Source of the DNA: an uncultured delta proteobacterium
Lineage (GTDB): Bacteria > Myxococcota > Myxococcia > Myxococcales > Myxococcaceae
Assembly: GCA_963771175.1 (NCBI GenBank)
Contig: CAVYSY010000058.1
Coordinates: 32,001-96,000 of the forward strand
Length of the DNA: 64,000 nt
Direction of reading: 5' to 3'
Shown here in pieces: positions 1 to 14,038 of this stretch (position 1 is its first letter; each line of letters begins with the position of its first letter). A model generated the notes under the pieces. That model was not told the origin of the DNA. It made no database searches and was given only the letters and a program-made list of their open reading frames with translations. The position numbers were made by a program, and so were the translations under genes.

Positions 1-188
1 CTGGTCACGGAGGTCTCACCGGCGAGCGCGTCGGCCGAGGCGCCGAACAGGCGGCGGATGTTGTTGCCGAACAGGGTGATGACGCCGATCGCCGCGATGG
101 CGATCAGGGCCACGATGATGATGTACTCGGTCATACCCTGACCACGGCGCTGCTTGCGGAGCTGCTTCTTCAGGTTCTTGGCGGTCAT
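1..188 (-). CDS. flp: Flp/Tad type IVb pilin (3' end beyond window)
   Basis: Manual translation MTAKNLKKQLRKQRRGQGMTEYIIIVALIAIAAIGVITLFGNNIRRLF: basic leader, G|QxxxEY Flp motif, hydrophobic helix; CAGGAG RBS 6 nt before ATG 188. Not in ORF track. Confidence 0.85.
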   Translation of the reverse strand, partial: MTAKNLKKQLRKQRRGQGMTEYIIIVALIAIAAIGVITLFGNNIRRLFGASADALAGETSVT

Positions 189-491
189 GGACATCTCCTG
201 GGTGAGCGGGTGGAGGGGGTGCCCACCACCGACGATGTGCAAACTACCTGTCTCCCCGCCCGCCCTCCATCCGTCATCGGGAGGATGATCGTACTTCCCT
301 CGAATTTCGAGGACTTGCGCGCTGGCGGGCTTCCAAACCCGGAAAACCCGACTGTTACCTGGCGGACAGACGGGCGTCAGCCAGGGCCGCGATCAGGGGG
401 GAAGGGCGCCAAGTGTCGGATTCTCCAGGGGAACCACCTCGCATGTCGGGGGACAGGCGGGGTGCTGTCTCGTTATGTTTCGCACCTGCCC

Positions 492-1471
492 ATGAACCTC
501 CACCTGCTCCAAGCCGTCCAGATTTCATGGTCTCCCAGCCTGCGAGTGACTCGGGTGGAGGGAGACTGTGAGACCGTGCTGCACCGTCCGGCGTCGGAGT
601 TGAAGGACCGGCCCCTCCATGTGGTGCTGGGGACCAGTGCCGAGCGCGCGCGCGAGCTGGACGCCCTGGCCCGGAGCGAGGGCCAGAAGAAGGTGGAGTT
701 CTTCTATGGAGCGATCGGCTCGGGGGACCCGGTGCCGCTGCGGCTGGCGCTCGGCCTGGACGAGGGCGAGGCCACCGCCGCGGTGGTGGACCTGCGCACC
801 CTCCTGGAGGGGGCGCCGCCGGTGCAGCTCTCCGGACTCGCCTCGCAGCTCAGCCACGAGCTGCGCAACCCGCTCAGCTCCGTGAAGATGGCGGTGCAGA
901 CGCTGGCCCGGAACACGGGCCTGTCCGAGCGGGATCAGCGCCGGCTGACCATCGCCAACCGGGAGATCCGCACCCTGGAGCGGATGCTCTGGCTGCTGTC
1001 CGAGTACGGCCGGGGCACCTCGCCCGTGCTGGAGCAGCACCCGCCGCGCACGCTGGTGCAGGAGGCCATGGCCATGGTGGCGCCGGAGCTGGCCGAGCGC
1101 CGCGTGGAGGTGCGCGTGGACGAGGCGCCGGACGTGCCCCGGGTGAAGGTGGACGCGGGGCGGCTGCGGCCGGTGCTCGCCCAGCTGCTGCTCAACGTGG
1201 CCATGGGGCTGACCGAGGGCGGCAACGTGGAGGTGTCCATCCGCGCGGATCCCGCAGGGCCGGGTGCAGCTCGTGCTGAAGGATCCGTCCGGTCGAGCTG
1301 ACCGAGGAGGAGCGTGCCACGCTCTTCGAACCCTTCGAGTGCCGCCTGGCACGCGGGGCGGGGCTGTCCCTGGCGGCCCTGCGCCGCGTGCTGCTCCACC
1401 AGGGCGGAGACGTCTCCATCGAGTCCGGACCCGAGACCGGAATGGTGTTCACGCTCACGTTTGCCGCCTGA
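492..1471 (+). CDS. mrpA: Histidine kinase MrpA (frameshifts near 1260 and 1340)
   Basis: H-box LSHELRNPL, N-box QLLLN; the C-terminus ...TLTFAA* continues in other frames; lies upstream of mrpB-mrpC. Confidence 0.8.
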
Positions 1472-1480
1472 CGACGACCC

Positions 1481-2914
<1,434 letters not shown>

Positions 2915-2939
2915 CCAGCGAAGGACGCATTCCGGACAG

Positions 2940-2954
2940 TGTCCTGCTTCCGAC
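2940..2954 (+). promoter_or_regulatory. Candidate MrpC binding site (TGTY-N8-RAC)
   Basis: TGTC-CTGCTTCC-GAC upstream of mrpC matches the MrpC consensus. Confidence 0.5.
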
Positions 2955-2969
2955 AACTCCCCGCACGAA

Positions 2970-2986
2970 TTGAACGAATCGTTCAA
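2970..2986. promoter_or_regulatory. Palindrome, candidate enhancer for the mrpC promoter
   Basis: TTGAACGA-A-TCGTTCAA about 125-140 bp upstream of the -24 element. Confidence 0.5.
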
Positions 2987-3110
2987 CTTGATCAGACTGT
3001 TTGAACGTTCTGTTTCAGGTTTCGGACATTCGGAAGGAGAGAAAGGGAGCCTGTAGCGCCAAGTAGCCGTCATTCCAGGGTTTTTCGCGTCTTGGGAAAA
3101 GCGTTCGGGT

Positions 3111-3125
3111 TGGCACAAAGCTTGG
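3111..3125 (+). promoter_or_regulatory. Sigma-54 -24/-12 promoter of mrpC
   Basis: TGGCAC-AAAGC-TTGG, 62 bp before the mrpC ATG and downstream of an EBP gene. Confidence 0.7.
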
Positions 3126-3187
3126 AAAGGGACTGTTCGTCCGCAGCCCAGGAAGTCACCTTTCAACCGCCTGCAGGAGTGCCCGCC

Positions 3188-3934
3188 ATGCACGGTTTCA
3201 ATCGTCCCCTCGGTCCCATCGGCTCCAACGTCGTTGCCCCCATCCAGACCACGTCCTCCGGAATGCTGGTCACGGCGAACAAGCTGGTCCCCGGCCAGGA
3301 AGCGATCGACTTCAAGGGCTACTTCAAGGTCGAGTCCTTCCCGCACAACTCGGTCATCTACCGCCCGGGCGACACGACGGACCGCGTGTACCTGCTCAAG
3401 ACGGGCCGCGTGCGCCTGATGCGGCTGGGCAAGAACAGCTCGCGCTCGGTGGTGAGCATCCTCCGCCCGGGCGACCTCTTCGGTGAGCTCTTCCGCCCCG
3501 AGGGCACGCCCGTCGAGGAGATGGCCATCGCCTCCGGTGAGGCCGAGGTGTGGAGCATCGAGGGCCGCGACTTCCGCGCGCAGCTCGAGGCCCGTCCGGC
3601 CCTGGCGGTGGACGTGGTCCGCGCCTACGCCGAGCGCGTGCGCGCCCTGCGCAAGCGCGTGCTGGGCCTGACCTTCAAGGAAGTGCCGGCCCGTCTGGCC
3701 GACACCCTCCTCACCCTGGCCGAGGCCCACGGCGAGCGCTGCCCGCACGGCGGCGAGACCGACCTGCGCGGGATCACGCAGCAGGACCTGGCGGACCTGG
3801 TGGGCGCCTCCCGCTCGTTCGTGTCCACGCTCATCAACGAGATGAAGCGCGACGGCGTGCTGGGCAACGTGGGCCGCATCCTCTGCATCCGCGACCAGAA
3901 GGCCCTGCGCAAGCTCGCCTCGAAGGAGAAGTGA
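3188..3934 (+). CDS. mrpC: CRP/FNR-family developmental regulator MrpC
   Basis: MHGFNRPLGPIGSNVVAP... cNMP-like domain plus HTH ITQQDLADLVGASRSFVS; recognisably MrpC. Confidence 0.97.
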   Translation: MHGFNRPLGPIGSNVVAPIQTTSSGMLVTANKLVPGQEAIDFKGYFKVESFPHNSVIYRPGDTTDRVYLLKTGRVRLMRLGKNSSRSVVSILRPGDLFGELFRPEGTPVEEMAIASGEAEVWSIEGRDFRAQLEARPALAVDVVRAYAERVRALRKRVLGLTFKEVPARLADTLLTLAEAHGERCPHGGETDLRGITQQDLADLVGASRSFVSTLINEMKRDGVLGNVGRILCIRDQKALRKLASKEK

Positions 3935-4099
3935 GCGCCTCCACGCCGTGACGCCAGGCAGTCCCCGGCCTCTCCCCCCTGGGTGAAGAGGCCTCGAGAG
4001 CCCCGGTTGCCGCCCCTCCCCTGGGACTGGCGCCGGGGTTCAGCATTTCGAGCAGCGCGTGCGTCTCCGGGCTTGCCCTGTCCGCCCGGCCGACCCAGC

Positions 4100-5957
4100 A
4101 TGCGCGCGCCAGTGACTACTCCGCGCCCCGAGTCCTCCTCTCCGCACTCCACGTACACCGAGCGCCGCGCCGCCGCCGAGGCGGAGCTGAAGCGGCTGGA
4201 TTCCGTCAGTGCCCGCTACGCCAACCTGAGAGCCCTCGTGTTCATCGCGGGCGCCGGGGTGGCGGGCATGGTGCTGTTCAACCGGCTGCCGAAGACGTGG
4301 TGGTGGGCGGCCGGGGCGGCGCTGGGGGTGTACGGGGTGCTCGCGGTGCTGCACCACCAGGTGTTCCTGCGCGAGGCGCGGCAGCGGCTGTACGTCTCGC
4401 TCAACGAGCGGGGCCTGGCGCGGCTGACGCGGAGTTGGCACGACTTCGCCGAGCGGGGGGAGCGCTTCCTCACGGGCTCGCACCTGTACGCGGCGGACCT
4501 GGACGTCTTCGGACAGGGCAGCGTCTTCCAGCTCATGAACGAGACGGCGACGCGGGCAGGCGAGGAGCGGCTCGCGGCGTGGCTGTCCTGGCCGGCGCGG
4601 GCGGAGGAGGTGGCGGCGAGGCAAGGCGCGGCGCGCGAGCTGGCGCCCCGCGTGGGCTTCCGTCAGGACATGTGTGTGGAGGCGCGCACGGTGTCCAAGG
4701 AGAAGGCGGACCCGGGCCTCTTCATCCAGTGGGCGGAGAGCGGGCCCTCGCTCGCCGCCATCCGGTGGGCGCGGCCGGTGGCGGTGGTGCTGCCGCTGGT
4801 GACGCTGACGCTCTTCGTGCTGGGCAGCTTCGAGGTGGTGCCGCAGCGGCTGTGGTACGCGGGGCTGCTGGCGCAGCTCGCGGTGGTGTGGGCGACGCGG
4901 CTCCCGCTGCGGCAGATGGAGGAGCGGATGAGCGCGGGCGAGCGTGGCTTCGTGCGCTACGCGCCCGTCTTCGAGCGGGTGGAGGGGGAACGCTTCGAGC
5001 ACCCGGAGCTGCGGCGGCTCCAGTCGGGCCTGCAGCAAGAGGGCGAACCGCCAGTGTCGTCACACCTGAAGCGCTTCAGCCGGCTGTACTCGTTCGTGGA
5101 GTTCAAGCGGCATCAGTTCCACCCGGTGGTGCACCTGTTCACGCTGTGGGACATCCACGCGCTGTTCGCGCTGGAGCGGTGGCGGGAGAAGCATGGGGCG
5201 CGGGTGCGCGGCTGGTTCGAGGCGCTGGCGCGAGCTGGAGGCGCTCTCGTGCGTGGCGGGGCTGGCGTTCGACCGGCCGAGCTTCCTCTGGCCCACGGTG
5301 GAGGGGAGCGGGCCGAGGGTGAAGGCCGAGGGCGTGGGACACCCGCTGCTGGACGCGCCGGTGCTCAACGACGTGGAGCTGCCGGGGCCGGGCTGCGCGC
5401 TGCTGCTCACGGGCTCCAACATGTCGGGGAAGACGACGCTGCTGCGCGCGCTGGGGCTGAACGCGGTGCTGGCACTCGCGGGCGCGCCGGTGTGCGCGCG
5501 GGCCTTCTCGCTGACCCCGCTGCAGGTGCTGACGAGCATGCGGGTGAAGGACTCGCTGGAGCGGGGCGTCTCGTACTTCTACGCGGAGGTGCAGCGCATC
5601 AAGGCCGTGCTGGACGCGGCGGCGGCGGCGAAGGGCCAGGCGATGTTCCTGCTGGACGAAATCCTCCTCGGGACGAACACGCGGGAGCGGCAGATCGCCT
5701 CGCGCGAGGTGCTGCGGCTGCTGCTGACCACGGGGGCGATCGGCGGGGTGACGACGCACGACCTCTCCCTGGCGAACCTCGCGGACGAGTACGGCGGGAA
5801 GGTGGTGAACATGCACTTCCGCGATCACCTGGAGGACGGAAAGATGGTGTTCGACTACCGGCTGCGCCCGGGAGTGGTGGACACCACCAACGCGCTGCGG
5901 GTGCTGCGAATGGCGGGAGTCCCGGTGGAGGACTCGGAGAAGCCCCTCGCCCAATAA
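4100..5957 (+). CDS. Membrane-anchored MutS-family (domain V) ATPase (frameshift near 5231)
   Basis: N-terminal TM helices; Walker A TGSNMSGKTT, SYFYAE, Walker B FLLDE, TTHD. Confidence 0.85.
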
Positions 5958-5991
5958 CCCAGGGCGACCGCAGCCCCGCCCAGGAACACGA

Positions 5992-6021
5992 CGGCCCTCC
6001 CTGGAATGCCAGGAAGGGCCG
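5992..6021. terminator. Hairpin between convergent genes
   Basis: CGGCCCTCCCTGG-AATG-CCAGGAAGGGCCG. Confidence 0.45.
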
Positions 6022-6049
6022 CGTGAGGTGCGAAGCTGGGGGGCGGTGA

Positions 6050-7224
<1,175 letters not shown>

Positions 7225-7310
7225 CTGTCTGTCTCCTCGCCCGGGGAGCGACCCGGGCTTCAAAATCTCGAATCACTGGATGACTTGGGAACTCGCCTAA
7301 CGCCGTCGCC

Positions 7311-9706
7311 TCAGTTGCGCAGCGGCTTGCCCTTCTCGAGCATGAACATCATGCGGTCCTGGGTCTTCTCCTCGCCGATCAGGCACAGGAAGGCCTCCAG
7401 CTCCAGCTCCAGCAGCCGCTCCTCGGTGAGCAGCACGGAGGGGCTGGTGTCGCCGCCGGTGAGCACCCGCGCGAGCTTCTGGCCGATCTTCCGGTCGTGC
7501 GCGGAGACCTGCTCGTTGAGCTCCATGTCGTAGAGCATCATGTCGATGGTGGCGGAGCCGCTGGGCCCGGGCAGGCGGAAGCGCGTGGGGCGCGGAGGCC
7601 GGAAGCCCGCGCGGGCCATGCCCAGCACGCGCTCCTTGGCGTCCGAGAGCAGGAAGTCGCGGTTGGCGCTGATGCCGTCCTGCGCCGACAGGAAGCCCAG
7701 CTCGCGCGCCTCCTCGGCGCTGGTGGCCACCTTCGCGGTGCCGATGGTCAGGAACACCTTCTTGAGGAAGGGGAACGCGTCGAAGTCCTTGTCCGCCGCG
7801 TAGGCGCCGTACACGTTGCGCAGCAGCTGCATGGAGCCGCCGCCGCCGGGGATGAGGCCCACGCCCACCTCGACCAGGCCCATGTACAGCTCGGCCGAGG
7901 CCTGGATGGCGTTGCCGCCCATGGCCATCTCGGCGCCGCCGCCGAGGGTCAGGTTGAAGGGCGCCGTCACCACCGGCACCGGGCTGTAGCGCATGCGCTG
8001 GTTGGCCGCCTGGAAGGCCGACGCCATCTTGCGGATGGCCTCGAAGTCGCTCGCTCTTGGTCGCCATCAGCATGGCCATGATGTTGGCGCCGGCGGAGAA
8101 GTTCGACCCGTCGTTGCCGATGACGAGCGCCGTGGAAGTTCTTCTCCGTCTCGTCCAGCGCCGTGTTCATCATCGCGATGATGCCATCGTCGATGGAGTT
8201 CATCTTCGAGTGGAACTCGAGCAGCGTCGCGCCGTCGCCCATGTCCCACAGCGTGGCGCTGTCGTTGCCGGTGATCTTCTTGTTGCCGCGCTGCAGGTAC
8301 TCCACGCGCAGGGTGCGCGCGTTCTCCGGCACCACCTTCTCGGACTTGCTGGGGATGTCCCAGTAGGTGTCGCTGCCCGCCGGCCACGCCGTAGAAGGAC
8401 GTGCGGCCCGCGGCGAGCATCTGCTCCACCCAGGCGGCGGGCTTGAGGCCCAGCTCCTTCATGCGCTCCAGGCCCTTCTTCACGCCGTAGGCATCCCAGG
8501 TCTCGAAGGGGCCGAGGTCCCAGCCGAAGCCCCAGCGCATGGCGCGGTCGACGTTGACCACGTCGTCGGCGATCTCCGGAATGCGGCGGCTGGCGTAGGC
8601 GAGCACGTCGAGCGTAATCCGCTCGGCGAACTTCGCGGCCTTGTCCTGGCCGCTCATCACGCGTGGCCACGCGCTCGCGCACGTTCTCGACGTCCTTGGC
8701 GGCGCCCAGCGACTCGTAGCGCACCTTCTCCTGCGGCCGGTACTCGAGCGTCTTCAGGTCGAGCGCGAGGATGTCCTTGCCGCCGCTCGCTCCTGTCCTT
8801 CTTGTAGAAGCCGCCGCCGCTCTTGTCGCCGAGCATGCCCTTCTCGACCATCTTCTGAGGAAGTCGGGGGCGGCGAAGACCTCGCGCTCCTCGTCCTGGG
8901 TGAGCGTGTCGTAGCAGTTCTTCGCCACGTGGATGAAGGTGTCCAGGCCCACGATGTCCGCGGTGCGGAACACGGCGGACTTGGGGCGGCCCATGGCGGG
9001 GCCGAAGATCTTGTCCACCTCCTCGATGGACAGCTCGGCCTTCTGCATCTCCGCGATGGTCCGCATCATCCCGTAGATGCCGACGCGGTTGGCGATGAAG
9101 TTGGTGGTGTCCTTGCCGTAGACGATGCCCTTGCCGAGCACCTCCTCGCCGAAGCGGTGGACGCGCTTGCACCACCTCGGGGTCCGTCTCCGTGCCCGCC
9201 ACGAGCTCCAGCAGCTTCATGTAGCGCACGGGGTTGAAGAAGTGCGTGACGAGGAAGTTCTTGCGGAAGTCGGCGCCGCGGCCCTCGAGCATGCCCTCGA
9301 TGGACAGGCCCGAGGTGTTGGAGCTGATGATGGTGCCCGGCGCGCGGTGCTGCTCGACCTTGGCGAAGATGGCCTGCTTGACGGCCAGGTCCTCCTTCAC
9401 CACCTCGATGACCCAGTCGCACTCGGCGAGGCGGGCCAGGTCGTCCTCGAAGTTGCCGACCTCGATGAAGGGGAGCGCCTGCTCGGACACGATGGGGCTG
9501 GGCTTCTGCTTGCGCAGGTTGGCCAGCGCCCCGAGCGCGAACTTGTTGCGGAAGGACTTGGAGGCGGTGTCCTCACCGGGTGCCGCCTTGGGCGGCACGA
9601 TGTCCAGCAGGAGCGCGCGCACGCCGGCGTTGGCCAGGTGCGCGGCGATGCCGCTGCCCATCACGCCCGCGCCCAGCACTGCCACTTTGCGGATCCGCGT
9701 CGTCAT
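7311..9706 (-). CDS. 3-hydroxyacyl-CoA dehydrogenase/enoyl-CoA hydratase (FadN-type), frameshifted
   Basis: GAGVMGSG Rossmann fold, SNTSGL, HFFNP, C-terminal crotonase [14 protein letters not shown]; upstream of thiolase. Confidence 0.92.
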
Positions 9707-9822
9707 CGAAAGAGGCTCCCTACGTGAAAAGGATGGCGGGAGACATTGCGCCGGTTGATTCAAAAGTCAACCGGCTCTTGGGCCCCCCATGTCTCCCGGT
9801 GGAGGGTAAGGTGCGTGCCCCC

Positions 9823-11579
9823 ATGGCCCGACTCGATCCGCACTCGTACAACGACGACACCCAACCCGAGACCGAGAGCCTCACCTGGAAGGCGCGCGTG
9901 GACTTCCATACACGCCGCCTGCATGCCGAGGCCACCCTCACCCTCAAGGAGGCCTCCGCCGGACCTCTGGATCTGGACACTCGCGAGCTGGACATCCGCG
10001 CGGTGGTGGACGAACAGGGCAGGCCCCTGCCCTTCCTGGTGTCTCCGCCCGAGCCGATCCTCGGCAGCCGCCTGCGGGTGGAGCTGAGCCCGGGAACGAA
10101 GCAGCTCACCGTGCGCTACCGGACGTCCCCGCAGGCCAGCGCCCTGCAGTGGCTGACGCCGGCACAGACGGCGGGGGGCCAGTACCCCTACCTCTTCAGC
10201 CAGTGCCAGGCCATCCACGCACGCTCGGTGGTACCGCTCCAGGACACGCCGCGAATCCGCATCCGCTACCGCGCGGAGCTCACGGTGCCCAAGGCGCTCA
10301 AGGCCGTGATGGCGAGCGGGCTTCGCCGGCCGCGAGGAGCAGGGCGTGGAGGCGGTGGAGCGCTACGAGATGCCGCAGCCCATTCCCCCCTACCTGCTGG
10401 CCTTCGCGGTGGGGCGGCTGGCGGCGAAGGAGCTGGGGCCGCGCTCGCGCGTGTGGGCCGAGCCCGAGGTGCTGGAGGCCGCCGCCGAGGAGTTCGAGGA
10501 CGTGGACGCCATGCTGCGCGCGGCGGAGACGCTCTTCGGGCCCTATGACTGGGAGCGGTTCGATCTGCTCGACCATGCCCCCGTCCTTCCCGTATGGAGG
10601 CATGGAGAACCCGCGCCTCACCTTCCTCACGCCCAGCCTGCTGGCGGGGGACAAGAGCCTGGTGAGCGTGGTGGCGCACGAGCTGGCGCACTCGTGGACG
10701 GGCAACCTCGTCACCAACGCGTCGGCCGAGCACTTCTGGCTGAACGAGGGCTTCACCGTCTTCGCCGAGCGGCGCATCGTCGAGGCGCTCTACGGAGAGG
10801 AAGTGGCCCAGCTGCACGCGGCGCTGGGCCGGCGCGCGCTGGAGGAGGCCATCCACCACTTCCGCGAGCACCCGCAGCTCACCCGGCTGCGCACGAACCT
10901 GGCGGGGGTGGATCCGGACGAGGCCTTCTCCCAGGTGCCCTACGAGAAGGGCTACCTCTTCCTGCGCGCGATCGAGGATGCGGTGGGCCGGCCCGCCTTC
11001 GACGCCTTCCTGCGGCGCTACCTCGAGTCCCACCGCTTCCAGGCGCTCACCACCGAGACGTTCGTCGCCTTCGTGGACAAGCACCTGCCGGGAGCGATGG
11101 AGAAGGTGGACGCGGACGCGTACCTGAACAAGCCGGGCATCCCCGCGGGAGCGCCGGTGCCGCGCTCGGAGCGGCTGGAGCGGATTGCCCGGATGAAGGG
11201 CAAGGTGCCCACGGCGGAGGACGTGAAGGACTGGACCCCGACCGAGTGGCAGCTCTACATCGAGTGGCTGCCGCAGGGGACGTCGCGCGACGTCTTCCGG
11301 CAGCTCGACGAGCGCTTCCAGCTCACGAAGAGCCACAACTCGGAGGTGCTGGTGGCGTGGCTGGCGGCGGCGCTCAAGGCGGGCTGGGAGCCGGCGCAGG
11401 GCCGCACCGAGGCCTTCCTGGGTGAGGTGGGGCGCATGAAGTACCTCAAGCCGCTGTATGGGGCGCTGGCGGCCTCCGCACAGGGCAAGGTGCTCGCACG
11501 CAGCCTCTTCAAGCGCTACGCCGAGCGCTACCACCCCATCGCCCAGGCCGCCGTCGAGGCCATCCTCAACCGCGCGTAG
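9823..11579 (+). CDS. M1 family aminopeptidase (LTA4-hydrolase-like), frameshifted
   Basis: DPHSY, GGMEN, HELAH...NEG zinc motif, C-terminal GRMKY. Confidence 0.92.
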
Positions 11580-11607
11580 GCCCTACATGGTCAAGCGGCG
11601 CCGGGCC

Positions 11608-12366
11608 TCACGGGGCCGAGCGCCCGCCGATCTCCGGGAAGCGCTCATAAGCCCGCTTGAGTGCGTCGAGATGCGCGGGGTTGTCGAGATCAAGCGGCGC
11701 ATCCGTGAGCCGCACGACCCACCCACCCGTCTCAGTGCGCCGCGCCCGTGCGAGCAGCTCCGCGTCGCGGGCGGGGTCCGGGAACCCGATGGCCCGTGCG
11801 GCAGCAGCCGACCAGTAGTTCAGCCACCCGAGGCGACGCGGAATCTCAGGCGAGCGGATGTGCTCTGGGAACCTGAGCGCGGGCAGGCCCCGTGGCGGAA
11901 CTCCTGGCTTACGCACCGGATCGACCGTCTGCCGCGAAATTTCCACGGTCGCGTTGAATGGCGTGGCGTGACCCCAGTACGCGCATGCGCCTTCCCCAAT
12001 GGCCGTTAGCACATCCGCTGCCGCCGCCATACCATTTGCGTCGAGCGGCAGTTGCGCATGAGCTTCAAGATGCGGCGCGCCATCCGCGGCAAGACCGTTC
12101 GGGTTTTCCCACCCGGAAATCGTCACCAGGTGGTCATCGTCATCGTTGCAAAGGAATGGAAACCCTCCGTCTGTCCTGTTGGAGGCGACCCACTCATCGC
12201 GGTGAGATAGCGGTATGAGGTCTTCCTTCTCCGAAGTCGTCCACCCCAGGCGCAATCCAGGAAGCGCACGCTCCATTCCATGAACGATGGCGAGCGGGCG
12301 CCCATCGTCGCCCGTAAGCGCAGGGGCGTACACACTGATGGTAATCTCATTTCGACCAAACGCCAT
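11608..12366 (-). CDS. DUF5953-like protein, putative immunity protein
   Basis: LGWLNYWS...GGWVVRLTDAPLDLDNPAH signature; starts 1 nt after the upstream nuclease-like lipoprotein gene ends. Confidence 0.7.
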   Translation of the reverse strand: MAFGRNEITISVYAPALTGDDGRPLAIVHGMERALPGLRLGWTTSEKEDLIPLSHRDEWVASNRTDGGFPFLCNDDDDHLVTISGWENPNGLAADGAPHLEAHAQLPLDANGMAAAADVLTAIGEGACAYWGHATPFNATVEISRQTVDPVRKPGVPPRGLPALRFPEHIRSPEIPRRLGWLNYWSAAAARAIGFPDPARDAELLARARRTETGGWVVRLTDAPLDLDNPAHLDALKRAYERFPEIGGRSAP

Positions 12367-12367
12367 A

Positions 12368-13378
12368 TCAGCACCAATCCATGACGACGACGGTGAGAGT
12401 GTCATCCAAACTCTCTAGCACCGCCTTGTGCACGGCGCTTTTGACGCCAACGACAAAGCTATAGCCACACGCCTCTGCGAGCCTTTTCTCGCGCTGTATT
12501 TCCGGCAGCTTTGCCCTGGCAAGGAAGTTCTGAGAGCGGGGCGGTTGCTTCTCAAAGTCATCCGTCTTGACGTCCCACAGCGTGCGCGTGGCCAGTTGCA
12601 GCGCGTCGAAGTTCTTGCCATTGACGAACACATCCCAGCCGGGGAAGCTGTTGTACGGAATTCTGTCGGCGCACTCGTTGTGCGGGTCATTACCGCCACG
12701 GTGCGGCACTGGGATGGGCTTGCATTTCGGGTCGTCTTCCTCCGAGAGGGCGGATGCGGGCTGCTTCTGCGGCGAGAGCTCCCGGGCTGCGGCTTTCGCC
12801 GGACGAGGCTGGGCTTCAAGCTCCGCCATGAGCTGCCGCGAGGACTCCGAGACGTCCCGCAGCCGATCCTCGAACTCCAGTTGCTCGTCGAGCCAGGGCG
12901 GGCGTCTGTCAACCTCCGGTCCGACGGTGCTGGAGGGCCAGAGCATGACGAGGGCCACGAGCACCGGGCCCACCCTGGAGAGCGCTAAAGGGGCCTCGCT
13001 TGCGCGCCTAGCCTGGGCGAGGCCCTCGACTCCCCTCGCCACTTCAGCGGCATTCCCGCTCTTACTCACGGCGCGGGAGAAGCGCTCGAAGGCCCGTTCC
13101 GCCTCGGCGAGCTTGCGGTCCAACTGTTGCCATTGACGAGGCTCCAGGTTCTCGCGCGCCTGAGAGAGCAGTGCCCTGGCCTTGTCCAGGTCCGCCTTTC
13201 CAATCCGCGACTGTCCCGGCATCGACTCCATCGGCGCGGAAACGAGCCGGATGCGCGGGCCCGAAGTGGGAGCCGACGCGTAGCTGTGGGACCGTGGCAT
13301 CGACCGCGGGGCGGGCGCGCTGGCGCAGGCGGTGAGCAGCAACAGGAGAGCGCTCCCGGCTCGGAAGCACATCGTCAC
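12368..13378 (-). CDS. Lipoprotein with C-terminal PD-(D/E)xK-like (DUF6310-like) domain, putative toxin
   Basis: Lipobox LLLLTA|C; C-terminal HNECAD...FDAL...LWDVKT...C.. Confidence 0.7.
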   Translation of the reverse strand: MTMCFRAGSALLLLLTACASAPAPRSMPRSHSYASAPTSGPRIRLVSAPMESMPGQSRIGKADLDKARALLSQARENLEPRQWQQLDRKLAEAERAFERFSRAVSKSGNAAEVARGVEGLAQARRASEAPLALSRVGPVLVALVMLWPSSTVGPEVDRRPPWLDEQLEFEDRLRDVSESSRQLMAELEAQPRPAKAAARELSPQKQPASALSEEDDPKCKPIPVPHRGGNDPHNECADRIPYNSFPGWDVFVNGKNFDALQLATRTLWDVKTDDFEKQPPRSQNFLARAKLPEIQREKRLAEACGYSFVVGVKSAVHKAVLESLDDTLTVVVMDWC

Positions 13379-13535
13379 GTCCTTTCGTCAAGCGTGGGTG
13401 CCGCGGGGCTGGCCTGACCTCCGTTGGAGTGCCAGCACGCTCCGACAGCGATGATGCTCGGCGGCTGCGCACAACCGGCAAGCGCCAGGGGGCCCGCATC
13501 CAGGCTGGGAGCGTCAGCAGGCGAGAACGAGCGCG

Positions 13536-14036
13536 CTACCGGAAGGCATCGACGATGTAGGCCGCTGCAACGGAGCCGTCGAGAATGGCCATCCCTGGCT
13601 TTGACTCGGGCAGCTTCCGCATCTGGTCCCGGCTGAGCCGGGCCACCGCGCAGATGGGAACCTTGTCACTGTCCGGCGGGTGGGCCTCGTACCAGCGGAT
13701 GACAACCTGCGGCCCGCTTGTCCAGACCTGCCCGTACAAACGGGTCGTCGCCTCAAGCGTGCCGAGGTCGTCCTTGAGAATGCTCTCGATGGGCCCGTCG
13801 TAAAGCGAGATGCGCCTCGCGTCGATCTGGTTCGCATCGAGGTCCACCCAGGCGGCATCCCCAACGCGCAGCCTCAGATACCGCATGACTTCGAGCGCCT
13901 TCGCCGAGCATTCCTGCGGACCTGGAGTGCCGTCCGGGCGCAGTGCCACGCCTCCAGACGTGGTGCAGCCAGAAGACGTGGCAAGCAGGACGATGGAGCT
14001 GAGCCGCAGAGCCTTGGTCATGGACATGAACGGCAC
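13536..14036 (-). CDS. Small lipoprotein resembling the extracytoplasmic C-terminal domain of myxobacterial Ser/Thr kinases
   Basis: Signal with SSG|C; GPIES, LYGQVWT, VPICAV motifs. Confidence 0.55.
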   Translation of the reverse strand: MPFMSMTKALRLSSIVLLATSSGCTTSGGVALRPDGTPGPQECSAKALEVMRYLRLRVGDAAWVDLDANQIDARRISLYDGPIESILKDDLGTLEATTRLYGQVWTSGPQVVIRWYEAHPPDSDKVPICAVARLSRDQMRKLPESKPGMAILDGSVAAAYIVDAFR

Positions 14037-14038
14037 TT

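Noticed and set aside
3092..3187. N-terminal extension of MrpC from TTG 3092
   Set aside because: Overlaps the sigma-54 promoter; RBS and the known N-terminus support ATG 3188
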